Origin: an uncultured Acidobacteriota bacterium
Lineage (GTDB): Bacteria > Acidobacteriota > Thermoanaerobaculia > Multivoradales > UBA5704
Length of the DNA stretch: 64,000 nt
Direction: 5' to 3'
NCBI GenBank assembly: GCA_963700145.1
Contig: OY969474.1
Location: 1 to 64,000, forward strand
Below the pieces are notes generated by a model, which had not been told where the DNA came from, made no database searches, and saw only the letters and a list, made by a program, of their open reading frames with translations. A program made the translations under genes and the position numbers. Each line of letters opens with the position of its first letter. Position 1 is the first letter of the stretch. Below are positions 34,621 through 44,696 of the stretch, piece after piece.

Positions 34621-37434
34621 TTACCCGTGCGCCGCCAGCACGTCCGCCACGTCTGACGGCGACCGCGACACGTCGCACGCCCACCGCCCGAACCCCCCGT
34701 GCTCGTTGACGGCGGCGACCCACTCGGCGAGGAAGTCCCGCTTGGTGCGGTCCTGCGCGGTCTCCTGGCCCTTCGTCTCGAGCACCAGCAGCACGCCGTT
34801 CGAGAGCCGCACGAGGAAGTCCGGCCGGTACTTGTGGACGCCGCCTTCGAAGAGGTAGTGGACTTCGAAGCCGAGGTGCTCGTTCTTGGCCCAGGCGGCG
34901 ACTTGGGGGTGGTGGTCCAGGGCGAAGGCCTCGCTCGATTCCCAGGCGCTGTCGAAGACGCAGAAGTTGATGTGCGAGCGGTCGGTCGGGGCGTTGGGCT
35001 TCGAGGTGTACCAGGGGAGCATGTCGCCGGTCGAGCGGAGGGGGCGCTCGCGGTCGAGGACGAGCTTGCGCGCGGTCGTGTTCTCCAGGCGGATGGCGTC
35101 GAAGAGGTGCTGGACGATGCGGCTCATGTTGAGGGTCAGGAGGATGCGCCGCCGCAGCGGGTCGTCGGCGTAGGCGCGCGGCGTGATGGCGATGCGGTCG
35201 GAGGCGAGGAACCGCTCGACGATCCGCACGAGCTGGCCGAGCAGCGCCTCGCGGCTGCCGGGCCAGCCGGGCTTGACCTGGTCGAAGACCTCGGCGGCGG
35301 TCTTGAAGGCGATCGTCTGCATGCGGTTGCGGCGGCCGAGCTCTTCGAGCTCGATCTGCGCGATGCGGGTCGGGTCGGGCTTGCCGTCCACGGTGGGCGC
35401 GATCTCGGCGAGCTGGATCGTCTCGTGCGCCTCGAGGTGGAGCGGCGGCACGGCCGACAGGTCGAGGGTCAGGCGCGTACCGTAGACCTGATCGATTCGC
35501 ACGACGTTCGGCCACTCGATCGCGAGCTCCGCTTTCTCCGGCACCGGCTCGATCCGCGTGCGCGGCTTGGGCGGCGGGGGCGGCGTCCCCTCGGTCGCCT
35601 CGTGCGGCAGGAAGGTGAACGGCACGCCGAAGATGTTGACGAACTCGGGGCGGAAGAAGCCGCTCTCGGGATCGACCTCGTAGCTCGTGCGCCGCAGCCC
35701 GCGCCCCACGACCTGCTCGCAGAGGAGCTGGCTGGTGAAGGCGCGCAGGCCCATGATGTGCGTCACCGTCTTGGCGTCCCAGCCCTCGGAGAGCATGCCG
35801 ACCGAGATCACGTTCTGGATGTGCTCGCCCGGCTTGCCGCGCTGCCCGACGCTGTCGACCTGCTGGCGCAGCGCCTCGGCCTGCTGCTGCTTGGTGAGCT
35901 TGCGGACCGGCGCCTCCTCGTCGGCGGTTTCCTCGTCCTCGTCCGCCGCCTCCACCGCAGCCACTGATGCCGCGGCCTCCGGCGCCTCCTCCCGCTCCTC
36001 GGCCATCTCCAGCACCTTCGAGTCGATGTGGAGGAGCCGCTCCGGGTCGCCCAGCTTCTCGATCAGGATGCGCTTCTTCTCGAAGGCCGTGTGGATGCGC
36101 GCCGCCGTCTCGGTGCGGTTGCAGACAGTGATCATCACCGGCGGCGTCGCGGCGCCCTCCCGCTCCCACTCGTTCGCCGTCTCCTGCCAGTCGCGCCCGA
36201 GGAGGTAGTAGGCGTTGGTCACGAGCTGCGGCAGCGGCTCGTGCGGCTCGGCCTTGCGGTTGAGGTCGTCGGCGACGTGCGGGTAGATGTGGAAGAGCTT
36301 CGAGCGGTAGCTCTTGGCGTCGGGCACGCCGTCGTCGCGGATCACCACCCGCGGCGTCTTCACCAGCCCGGACTCGATCGCGTCGGAGAGCCCGAAGTCG
36401 CTGACGATCCAGCCGAAGAGCGCCTCCTCCTGGCTGCGCTTGCCCGACGGCACGAACGGCGTGGCGGAGAAGTCGTAAGCGGCGAGGATGCCGCGCGCGC
36501 GGTGGATGCGGTCGAGGCCGCCGACCCACTTCGTGGCCTCTTCGACCTCGGCCTTCGAGACGCCCGCCACCTTCTGCCCGGCGGGGACGCGCCAGGCGTG
36601 GTGCGCCTCGTCGTTGATGACCAGGAGGCTGCGCGCGCCGGCCAGGTCGCCCAGCACGTCGCGCACGTAGGCCTCGTCGCTCTTCGCGCCGCGCTTGTCG
36701 ACGGAGCGCCGCTTCTGCGAGCCGCTCCTCGCTCTCCCAACCGAGCGCGTGCCAGTTGCGCACCAGCACCGTCCCCTGCCGCAGCCGCTCGCGCAAGCGC
36801 GGAGGGGACGACGTCGAAGGCGTCGTAGTAGCTCTCGGGGTGCGCGGTCTCGAGCACCTGCAGGCGGCTCCGCACGGTCAGGCCCGGCGCCACGACGAAG
36901 ACGTGCTTGGCGAAGCGGCGGTCCTGCGGGTCGGCGACCTTGTTGAGCACGTGCCAGGCGATCGCCATCGCCATGACGATCGTCTTGCCGGTGCCCGTCG
37001 CCAGCTTGACGCAGAGGCGCGCGAAGGCGCCGCCGTCGCCCGCGAGCTCGATTCCCTGCCGCTCGGCGGCGGGCGCCTCGGTCAACCAGATCAGCGTCTC
37101 GACGGCCTCGAGCTGGCAGAAGAAGAAGCGCTGCCCCTCCTCCCGCTCGGGGGTCGTACCAGTGCTCGAGCAGGCGCTTCGTCGTGCCGGTGACGCCGGG
37201 GTAGCCGGCCGCCCGCCAGGCGGCCACCCGCTCGCGGATCCGGTTCACTACCGGCAGCTCGACGAAGATCCCCGGATCGTCGAAGGAGTCCTGCCCCGGT
37301 GTCGCGATCACGTACCCCGCCGGGCGCCGGCCGTCGCGGAGCTCGAAGCGCCGGAGCTCGCGGTCGTAGCCCCAGTGGCGGCGCGGCTCCTCGTACGGGG
37401 AGTTGACGATCAGGTGGTCGATGCCGCGGGGCAT
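34621..37434 (-). CDS. res: Type III restriction enzyme Res subunit (helicase + PD-(D/E)XK nuclease); internal compensating frameshifts ~36730-37150
   Basis: LATGTGKT (in the 36360-37085 frame), INDEAHH, FSATP, SVGMLSEGWD, QVVGRGLRR, YRPDFLV...LETKG. Confidence 0.85.
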   Translation of the reverse strand: MPRGIDHLIVNSPYEEPRRHWGYDRELRRFELRDGRRPAGYVIATPGQDSFDDPGIFVELPVVNRIRERVAAWRAAGYPGVTGTTKRLLEHWYDPRAGGGAALLLLPARGRRDADLVDRGARRRAAGNRARGRRRRLRAPLRQAGDGHRQDDRHGDGDRLARAQQGRRPAGPPLRQARLRRGAGPDRAEPPAGARDRAPRELLRRLRRRPLRACASGCGRGRCWCATGTRSVGRARSGSQKRRSVDKRGAKSDEAYVRDVLGDLAGARSLLVINDEAHHAWRVPAGQKVAGVSKAEVEEATKWVGGLDRIHRARGILAAYDFSATPFVPSGKRSQEEALFGWIVSDFGLSDAIESGLVKTPRVVIRDDGVPDAKSYRSKLFHIYPHVADDLNRKAEPHEPLPQLVTNAYYLLGRDWQETANEWEREGAATPPVMITVCNRTETAARIHTAFEKKRILIEKLGDPERLLHIDSKVLEMAEEREEAPEAAASVAAVEAADEDEETADEEAPVRKLTKQQQAEALRQQVDSVGQRGKPGEHIQNVISVGMLSEGWDAKTVTHIMGLRAFTSQLLCEQVVGRGLRRTSYEVDPESGFFRPEFVNIFGVPFTFLPHEATEGTPPPPPKPRTRIEPVPEKAELAIEWPNVVRIDQVYGTRLTLDLSAVPPLHLEAHETIQLAEIAPTVDGKPDPTRIAQIELEELGRRNRMQTIAFKTAAEVFDQVKPGWPGSREALLGQLVRIVERFLASDRIAITPRAYADDPLRRRILLTLNMSRIVQHLFDAIRLENTTARKLVLDRERPLRSTGDMLPWYTSKPNAPTDRSHINFCVFDSAWESSEAFALDHHPQVAAWAKNEHLGFEVHYLFEGGVHKYRPDFLVRLSNGVLLVLETKGQETAQDRTKRDFLAEWVAAVNEHGGFGRWACDVSRSPSDVADVLAAHG

Positions 37435-40124
37435 CAGTCGATCTCGAGGATGCGCAGCGACTCGATGCCGCGGTCGTCCACCATCTTGACCGCCACCTTC
37501 TGGCCGGGCGCGCCCGCGAAGGGCAGCGACACCGTGCCGCGGTAGGCCTCGATCGCCTCCTCGTCGATCTCGGCGCGCAGGCTCTTGGCGAGGCGCGCCC
37601 AGCCCTCGCCGTCGCCCGCCATCGGGAAGAACACCTGGCGCGGGAAGAGGCTGCGGTCGTCGTAGTCGGGGTCGAGCATCCAGAGCGCGATGCGCCGCAC
37701 GTCGCCCGACTCGATCTCGCCGGTCTTGGTGTTGTAGTAGTCGAAGCCCTGCACCTCGACCTGCCAGCTCCCGGCGTGCTCACCCTGCCTCGACGCGCCG
37801 CAGCTCGACGTCCGGCTGGCCGACCAGCCAGAAGGATCTCGTTGCTGGCGCGCTTCTTCTTGAGGTCGTCGGTCAGGAGGTCGGGTTCATCTGCGCCTTG
37901 AGGAGCGTCATGCCCGGCCTTCGCGGGCGTCAGCTCGTCGATGTCCTTGGCGGCCTCGGGGTCGAACTGGAAGGCGGCGAAGACGAGGAGGGCGGGCTTG
38001 GCATCGAGGGAGCGCGCCTCCTGCCAGGCGCGCTCGACCTGCTTCTGCTCCAGCGGCGCGTGCTCGGGGCCGAAGGAGACGACGACGCGCTGCGCCGCGC
38101 TCGCCGCGCCCTCGGCGACGTGGCCCGCGCCGGCGTCGTTGGGCAGCGTCTCGGCCTCGGCGTGGAGCCAGCGCGTGCCGGCGAGCGGCTCGACGCGGGA
38201 GAAGAGGATGCGCTGCCCCGACTTGCCGCGGATGCCGGTCTTGAGCAGCTCCTCGCGCCACTCGGCCTGGCGCAGCGTCGCGCCCGAGCGGGCGGCGGAG
38301 ACGTCCGGCGGCGGGTGCATCGGCGGCTCGTCCGCGACCGTCGAGCGGCTTGACCACCGGCGCCGGGCACCGCCTCGACGGTGAACGGGCCGGTGACGCG
38401 GGCCCGGCTCTTGTCAGCCTTCGGCTGGTCGTAGAGCGTCTCCTGATCGGCGTACTTGGCGATGGCGCGGTCGATCTCCGCGCGGCTCATCCCCTCGCGG
38501 ATCTCGGGGTTGTTGGCGATCGACTTGAGCGTGACGTGCGGGACGGTCTTGTAGACGAAGCCGCTGGCGACGCCTTCGTTCGGGTGCGCCAGCTCGTAGT
38601 AGTCGTAGACGCGCCGTCATGAGCCGCTGCTTGGCGAGGGCGATGGCGACGCGCGAGGTGTCGCAGGTGATCCAGCGACGGCCCCACTGCTCGGCGACGA
38701 AGGCGGTGGTGCCGGAGCCGCAGGTGGGATCGAAGACGAGATCGCCTGGGTCTGTGGTCATGAGGAGGCAACGGGCGACAACCTTCGCATTGGTCTGAAC
38801 GACGTAAATGCGGGCCTCCACAAACCCGCCGAGACCCGTATCTGTCCCACCAGTTGCTCAGGGGCCTATGGCCGAAGTCATCGTGATAGCGGACGTACGA
38901 AGGTGTGTTTCCAGAAAGCGGTCACGCGGCCTGCCAACTGTAAGTGACGCATCCCTTCGCGGTGTCGTTGCCCAATGTCGGCCGGCCGGCGGCCTGAACG
39001 TCCTCCCATCGATCTCGAGGGGATAGATGCATGTAGCGGATGATGCCCATGTTCGAGATCTGGTCGAGCCTGAAAGGACGAGCACCTTCGCGTCTGCACT
39101 TCGTCCTTGCTCGATTTCGTCGCGAGACAGTCGGCCGCTTGCCGGCAGATCCGTCTACAAATCGATACGGTGCTACTCGGGTCCCAGCGGTCGTTCTTGG
39201 TAAAGCTGCCGGTACTTCACACTTTTCTTGCTTCGTGCGTACCAGAGGATGTAGTCGGCGACAGTTCCCAGCACGATCGTCTTCGCAAACGGGCTGCTTG
39301 CCCCGCTGGTCTTCCTGAAGTTGATCACCGAACAGAAGTTCTCTGCGCCGAAGACCTCGTCCATCAACTCTCTAACGTGGTGCAGGTTCTCATCGCTGAT
39401 CTGCACGAAGATGGAGCCACTTTCGTGCAGGAGCTCTCGTGCTAGCAGATAGGCGGTCTCGAAGGTACGTCAGGTACGAGTGGATCCCCAGCTCCCACGT
39501 GTCTCGGAACGCCCGGATCATCTCCGGCTCCTGCGTCAGGTCTTCGTCCCTGCCGTCCTTCACGTCCCGCCGGTTGACGAAGGGCTGGAAGTTCGATCCG
39601 TACCGGATGCCGTAGGGCGGGTCGATGTAGATCATCTGCACCTTGCCCGCCATGCCCTCCTTCTCGAGCAGCGAGTTCATCACCAGCAGCGAGTCGCCCG
39701 CCACCATCCGGTTGCTCCAGCCGTGCGCGTGCTTGTAGAAATCCAGCGCCTCGCGCAGCGGCCGCTGCTCCTCCGGGCGCGCGAACATCGACATCTGCTC
39801 GGGGCCTCGCGCCGCATCGCCGTTGCGCTTGCGCACGGCTTCGAGCATCGTCTTCGGATCGATCCGCTCGTGAACGTGCAGCGACACCGTCGGCACCTCG
39901 AAGCTGGTGTGCTCGGCCTTGCCGGCCCAGACGAGCTGCGGGTCGAGGTGCGGGTCGTACGCGTACTTCTTCTTGCTCTCTTCGGGGTCGGTCTCGGGCT
40001 TCACCAGCCCGACCGGCGGATTGTTGAGGCGCGTCTCGTGCGTGTGCTCGTACTGCTCGATCGGCTTGCGCGAGCTTTTCGACCGACCGCCGTCGGTCTT
40101 CCTGGGACGTGGCATCCGGCGCAT
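37434..40124 (-). pseudogene. mod: Type III R-M Mod adenine methyltransferase, broken by multiple single-base indels as sequenced
   Basis: Fragments in successive frames: [58 protein letters not shown]; AT-richer TRD ~38830-39250. Confidence 0.85.
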
Positions 40125-40181
40125 TTCTCCAGAGTGGGCGCCTCGATTCTACATGGGGACTGCGCTACCATTCCGTTCGCC

Positions 40182-40454
40182 ATGGCTGCCACGACCGAGA
40201 TCGGAAGCCTCATCGAGCGCCGCCCGGATGTGCGGGGGAATCGGCCGATCCTCAGTGGCACGGGTGTCTCCGTCCACCGCATCGTCGGGTGGTACAAGCT
40301 TGGTCTGGGCCCGGAGGAGATCGCCGAGAATTTCGACCATCTTTCCCTAGCGCAGGTCCACGCGGCGCTTGCCTACTACCACGCGAACCGCGAAGAGATC
40401 GAAGGGTACCTTGCCAAGGAAGAGGCCCCAAGCCGATTGGCTCAGGCTTCTTAG
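40182..40454 (+). CDS. DUF433 protein (antitoxin-like)
   Basis: P.V.GNRPI..GT.VSV..IV.....G...EEI......LS.AQV.AALAYY..N.EEI. Confidence 0.88.
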   Translation: MAATTEIGSLIERRPDVRGNRPILSGTGVSVHRIVGWYKLGLGPEEIAENFDHLSLAQVHAALAYYHANREEIEGYLAKEEAPSRLAQAS

Positions 40455-40496
40455 GCCGTAGCTTGCCCTAAGGCTCGCAACGCTGTCGGGGCGACG

Positions 40497-40697
40497 TCAC
40501 CGAGAGGTCTGGCGCGCCCCGTTGAGGATCTCCTCCAGGCTCATCCCCTCGAAGTGCTTGTCGCGCCAGCTCTGGTAGTCGAACGGCTCGTGGCTCAGGA
40601 GCGCGAGGAACCGCAACGTCTCGACCGGTCCGAGGCTCGCCTCGAGGACCGCCAATCCCTTCGCGCGAAGGGCGTCGTCCGCTAGTGCTTCAGCCAC
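40497..40697 (-). CDS. Small hypothetical protein resembling PIN-associated antitoxins
   Basis: GGAGG before GTG 40697; KGL.VL...LGPVET.RF......DY..WR...F..MS.EEI. Confidence 0.6.
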   Translation of the reverse strand: MAEALADDALRAKGLAVLEASLGPVETLRFLALLSHEPFDYQSWRDKHFEGMSLEEILNGARQTSR

Positions 40698-40755
40698 TCT
40701 CAAGGTCCTCCAAAGCACGGGTGTTTTCTCGCGCGGCTCTCGGCCCGAGCTCGTG

Positions 40756-41835
40756 TCAGAGCGGACTTCCCGTCGCGGCCTCGTTGAGCTGGTCCTTGCA
40801 CTCGTCGAGCCTCGGCGCCCAGGCCGGCGCAGGGGCGGCGCCGTTCCACGTGCCGACGAGCTGCGGGGCCGCGCCGGGCGCGGCGACGCGATAGTGGCGC
40901 CAAGCCGGCGCCGCTTCGAAGAAGTAGTCGTAGCCGGTGCCCGGGCCGGCGATGGCGCACAGCCCTGTGGTCGGCGCCGGTTCGCCCGCAGGCCAACTCA
41001 AGACGTTGGCCTCCCCGCGCACGACGCCGGCCAGCGCCGCGTAGTCGGCCGCGACGCGCAGCGGATGGACGAGCCCCTCGAACTCCAGGAGCACCCACGG
41101 GATGTAGCTGTAGACGTGGGCGAGGGAGCCGCGGTACCAGGCGTTCAGGCAATCCCACTCCTCGTAGGTGCCGGCGCCGACGGCCGCGAAGGCGGACGGG
41201 GTGAGCTCGAGGAGGAGCGACTGCGGGTCCCACCAGATGTTGTGGAAGACCGCCGGCCCCGCGGCCGGATCGAAGCCACGGATGGCGGCGAGATCGGCCC
41301 GCAGCCGCTCGTACAACGCGGTCGTCGCGACGGGGCCGTCACCCAGGAGCAGCGCCAGCGCTTCGGCCTCGGCATCGGCGCGCGGCGAGGCTTCGACGTC
41401 CGCGCGGGTGCCCTGCCCGCACGCGGGGCCCCCGATGCCGCAGCCGTTGAACGTGGCGGTGTCGGCGAGCGGGGCGAACAGGGCGCCCCCGGCGCGGTGG
41501 TACTGCTTGCGCTGACCGCTCCAGGTGTCCTCGACCGTCAGCGTGACCTCCACGTTGGTGAGGCCCGAGGCGAAGACCCAGAAACGGTCGTAGGCGGCGC
41601 AGGCGTCGATCACCTTGACCACCAGCTCGACATTGGTCGGAGAGAAGAACCAGAAGAGGCCCGTCTCCGAAGTGAGGGGGACCGCCTCGGCTTGGCCGCT
41701 GGCGCCGCCGGGGAGACGCCACTCGGCGGTCACCAGGAAGCGCTCTCCGACCAGAGGTAGACCGCTGGCGGCGTGGGCGGAGGAAGTGGCGAAGCAGGCG
41801 AGAGCAACGGCGAGCAGGGCGGTGCGCAGCTTCAT
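40756..41835 (-). CDS. Secreted protein with FWFF-N-ELVVK-DAC domain
   Basis: Signal peptide; FWFFSPTNVELVVKVIDAC..FWVFASGLTNVEVTLTVEDT. Confidence 0.75.
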   Translation of the reverse strand: MKLRTALLAVALACFATSSAHAASGLPLVGERFLVTAEWRLPGGASGQAEAVPLTSETGLFWFFSPTNVELVVKVIDACAAYDRFWVFASGLTNVEVTLTVEDTWSGQRKQYHRAGGALFAPLADTATFNGCGIGGPACGQGTRADVEASPRADAEAEALALLLGDGPVATTALYERLRADLAAIRGFDPAAGPAVFHNIWWDPQSLLLELTPSAFAAVGAGTYEEWDCLNAWYRGSLAHVYSYIPWVLLEFEGLVHPLRVAADYAALAGVVRGEANVLSWPAGEPAPTTGLCAIAGPGTGYDYFFEAAPAWRHYRVAAPGAAPQLVGTWNGAAPAPAWAPRLDECKDQLNEAATGSPL

Positions 41836-41898
41836 GGCGCAATAGCATGGCGCGAGGTGGCCGGCGACCGGCGAGAAGGGCGCGCCCGAGCCGCTAAA

Positions 41899-44484
41899 TC
41901 ACTCAGAGACCAGGTAGTAGCCCACGACGTCCAGCACGAGGTGGACCGTGCCCGCGGGCTGGTTCGCCCGTACGCTGACCGCTCCCGCCGCGCCGAGACG
42001 GACCATCGCGTTGTTGGAGCGGGCGCGGGTCGGGCCCGCGCGGTAGATAACGACGGAGCCCGCCGGGGGCGCCGTGTCGGCGGCGTAGACCTGGAGGTCC
42101 CCGTCGTCGGTGGCGCTCACCGCGGAGACGTTGAGGGCGACCGCCACGGCCTGGGCCGGGATGCCGCAGGTGCCGGCGAGCGGGAACGTGCGCTCGACGC
42201 CGGGGGCGAGCGCGGGACCGCCCTGCGGGCCTGCCGAGTCCCGCGTATCCACGAGGCGGCACGGTGTCAGCGTGAAGAAGTCGGCCGGCCGGTCGGGCCC
42301 GCTGATCTTTAGTAGAAAGCCGCTGGAGGCCGCGCTGGCGTCCGGGTCGAAGCTGGGCAACCCTCCGATGCCGTCGCCATCGGGGAAGCTGGTCTCGCTG
42401 GAGTGGGTCTGGCCGACGACATAGGCGGCGCCGGCGCCGTCCACGGCCACGCCGAACGCATCGTCGGTATCGACAGAGCTGCCGCCGATGTAAGTGGCAA
42501 AGAGCAACGGCGTCCCGCTCGCCGCCACCTTGACGACAAAGCCGTCGCCGTTGAGGTTGTACGTCGTGTCGGGGCCCGTAAGGCCGCCGAAGCCGTCGCC
42601 GTCGGGTAAGGTCGCCTGCGTGGAGCCGGTGTGGCCGACGACGTAGGCATTGCCGGCCGTGTCGAGGGCGACGTCGAAGGCTTCGTCGGTGGAGCTGCCG
42701 CCCAGGTAGCTGGCCCAGACGAGCGCCGCGCCCGCAGCATTCACCTTGGCCACGAAGGCATCCTCCATCCCGCCGTTGTGGGTCGTGTCCGCCCCGGTGA
42801 GAGCGCCGAAGCCGTCGCCGTCGGGGAACGTCGCCTCCGTGGACTGAGTCGTACCGACGAGGTAGGCCTCGCCGGTCGGAGCCACGGCGAGGCCGCCGGC
42901 CGCCCTTTCGTATGAGGCGCCGCCGACGTAGCCGGCGTAGAGGAAGGCCGTTCCCGCCGCGTCGATCTTGGCGATGAAGGCATCCGCGAGGCCGTTGTGC
43001 GTCGTGTCCGGTCCGCTGAGGGCGCCGAAGCCGTCGCCGTCGGGGAAGGTCGCCTGCGTCGACATGGTCGTACCCGCGAGGTAGGCGTTGCCGGTCGAAT
43101 CTACGGCGACGTCGGTGGCGCCATCGGTGCCGAGGCCGGCGCCGCCGATGTAGCCGGCGTTGAGGAACGCCGTGCCCGCGGCGTTCACCTTGACGAAGAA
43201 GCCGTCGTCGTACGACCCGTTGTAGGTCGTGTCCGGTCCAGGAAGACCGCCGAAGCCGTCGCCGTCGGGGAAGGTCGTCTCGGTGGAGTTGGTGACGCCG
43301 GCGACGTAGGCATTGCCGGCCCCGTCCACGGCGATGGAGTTCGCCCTATCGGAACCGGAGCCGCCGACGAAACCCGCATAGAGCAGCGAAGTGCCGGCGG
43401 CATCGAGCTTGGCGACGAAGCCATCGGAAGCTCCGCCGTTGAAGCTCGTGTCGGGTCCGGAGACGGCCGGAAACCCCGTACCGGTCGTGTCTCCGGCAAC
43501 GTAGACATTGCCGGCCGCATCGATCGCGAGGTCAGCGATCCAGGAGACGCCCTGGAAGTAGGCGGTCCAGAGAACGGCGGTGCCGGCCGCATTGATCTTG
43601 GCGACGTAAACCAGGGTGCTGGAAGACCCGGGTGGGTGATAGTCGCTGATGCAGGCCGCGTAGGCATTGCCCGCCCCATCCACGGCGACCGCCGAGCAGG
43701 CGTCGTAGTCGAACTCCGGGTCGAAGTTCCTCCCGAAGAAGCCGGCGTAGACGAAGACCTCGGGGTCGATGAGCAGCGGCAGGCGAGGGTCGTAGGCGCC
43801 GAGTCGGAAGCCGTGGCTGCCGCCGGCGGTGTCGAGGTCGTAGGCCGTCGCGACCTCGACCGCGCGGCCGCCCACCGTCTGGAAGGAGACCGGCCGCGCG
43901 TCGTGGAGGCTTCCCGCGGGCGTTTCGACCTCGAGCTCCCCCCGGGCGTTCACCGCCAGTCGCGTGGCGCCGCGATAGGCCAAGCGGATCCGGCGCGGAT
44001 CGGCGCCGGGGCGCACCAGGAGCTCGTACTTCAGCCGCCCGGCGGCGCCGGAGAAGATCAGGTCGATCCCCGGCCAGAGGTCCGGGTAGACCAGCCGGGA
44101 GTAGGTCGGGATCCCGGCGCGCCAGCTCGCCGGCTGGCCCTGGAAGTAGCTCACCACGGCCGGCGTTCTGGCCTCGGCCCGCGGCTGGACGTCGCGGGCG
44201 GCTCCCACGAACTCCAGGCGCAGGGCGTCCGGTGGCTCGGCTCCCCGCGCCTTCGAGTGGAGGAGGAACGTCAGCGCCTGCGCCGTGAAGGAGAGGGTCT
44301 TGTCCCGGTCCTGGACGTAGTAGGCGACGTGCGGGTCGGCCTGGCCGCGGTTCTCGATGAAGGAGAGCGGTAGGCGTGCCAGCGCGGCCTCCTGCCGCAC
44401 GTTCCGGGCGCCAGCCGGCGAGGCGCCGGCAGCGAAGCCGAGGAGGGAGACGATGAGGGCCGTCCAGGCTTCGCGACTGCGCAT
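41899..44484 (-). CDS. Secreted SBBP beta-propeller repeat protein with C-terminal PCRLVDTR domain
   Basis: FIENRGQ, LWPGIDL, LKYE..V.PGADP; AVD..GNAYV.G.T repeats; PCRLVDTR...CGIP...AVALNV; TAGCTT 8 nt before ATG 44484. Confidence 0.88.
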   Translation of the reverse strand: MRSREAWTALIVSLLGFAAGASPAGARNVRQEAALARLPLSFIENRGQADPHVAYYVQDRDKTLSFTAQALTFLLHSKARGAEPPDALRLEFVGAARDVQPRAEARTPAVVSYFQGQPASWRAGIPTYSRLVYPDLWPGIDLIFSGAAGRLKYELLVRPGADPRRIRLAYRGATRLAVNARGELEVETPAGSLHDARPVSFQTVGGRAVEVATAYDLDTAGGSHGFRLGAYDPRLPLLIDPEVFVYAGFFGRNFDPEFDYDACSAVAVDGAGNAYAACISDYHPPGSSSTLVYVAKINAAGTAVLWTAYFQGVSWIADLAIDAAGNVYVAGDTTGTGFPAVSGPDTSFNGGASDGFVAKLDAAGTSLLYAGFVGGSGSDRANSIAVDGAGNAYVAGVTNSTETTFPDGDGFGGLPGPDTTYNGSYDDGFFVKVNAAGTAFLNAGYIGGAGLGTDGATDVAVDSTGNAYLAGTTMSTQATFPDGDGFGALSGPDTTHNGLADAFIAKIDAAGTAFLYAGYVGGASYERAAGGLAVAPTGEAYLVGTTQSTEATFPDGDGFGALTGADTTHNGGMEDAFVAKVNAAGAALVWASYLGGSSTDEAFDVALDTAGNAYVVGHTGSTQATLPDGDGFGGLTGPDTTYNLNGDGFVVKVAASGTPLLFATYIGGSSVDTDDAFGVAVDGAGAAYVVGQTHSSETSFPDGDGIGGLPSFDPDASAASSGFLLKISGPDRPADFFTLTPCRLVDTRDSAGPQGGPALAPGVERTFPLAGTCGIPAQAVAVALNVSAVSATDDGDLQVYAADTAPPAGSVVIYRAGPTRARSNNAMVRLGAAGAVSVRANQPAGTVHLVLDVVGYYLVSE

Positions 44485-44532
44485 GCGACGCGAAGCTACC
44501 ACGCCGGCGGCAGCGAGTGCAGCAGCAGGAGC

Positions 44533-44561
44533 TTGACGTGGTCGGTGAATCTTAGTATTTT
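44533..44561 (+). promoter_or_regulatory. Sigma70-type promoter for the SIR2-TIR/STAND operon
   Basis: TTGACG-N17-TATTTT in the AT-rich intergenic region. Confidence 0.5.
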
Positions 44562-44696
44562 TGTACCAGACTCCGCGGTACATCGATGCAGAGCGGCGCA
44601 AGAGCCCGGGTTGCGTCTGGGTAGCCTTACAGGCACGGACAATCAAATGACATCTGGACGTGATCTGCCAAACTCGTTCCGAAAAGAGGTTGGGCG

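Noticed and set aside
37434-40124. Phase-variable mod gene (phasevarion)
   Set aside because: No simple-sequence repeat tract seen; the breaks are scattered single-base indels.
33592-40454. Prophage or integrative element at tRNA-Phe
   Set aside because: No integrase, phage genes or att repeat recognised.
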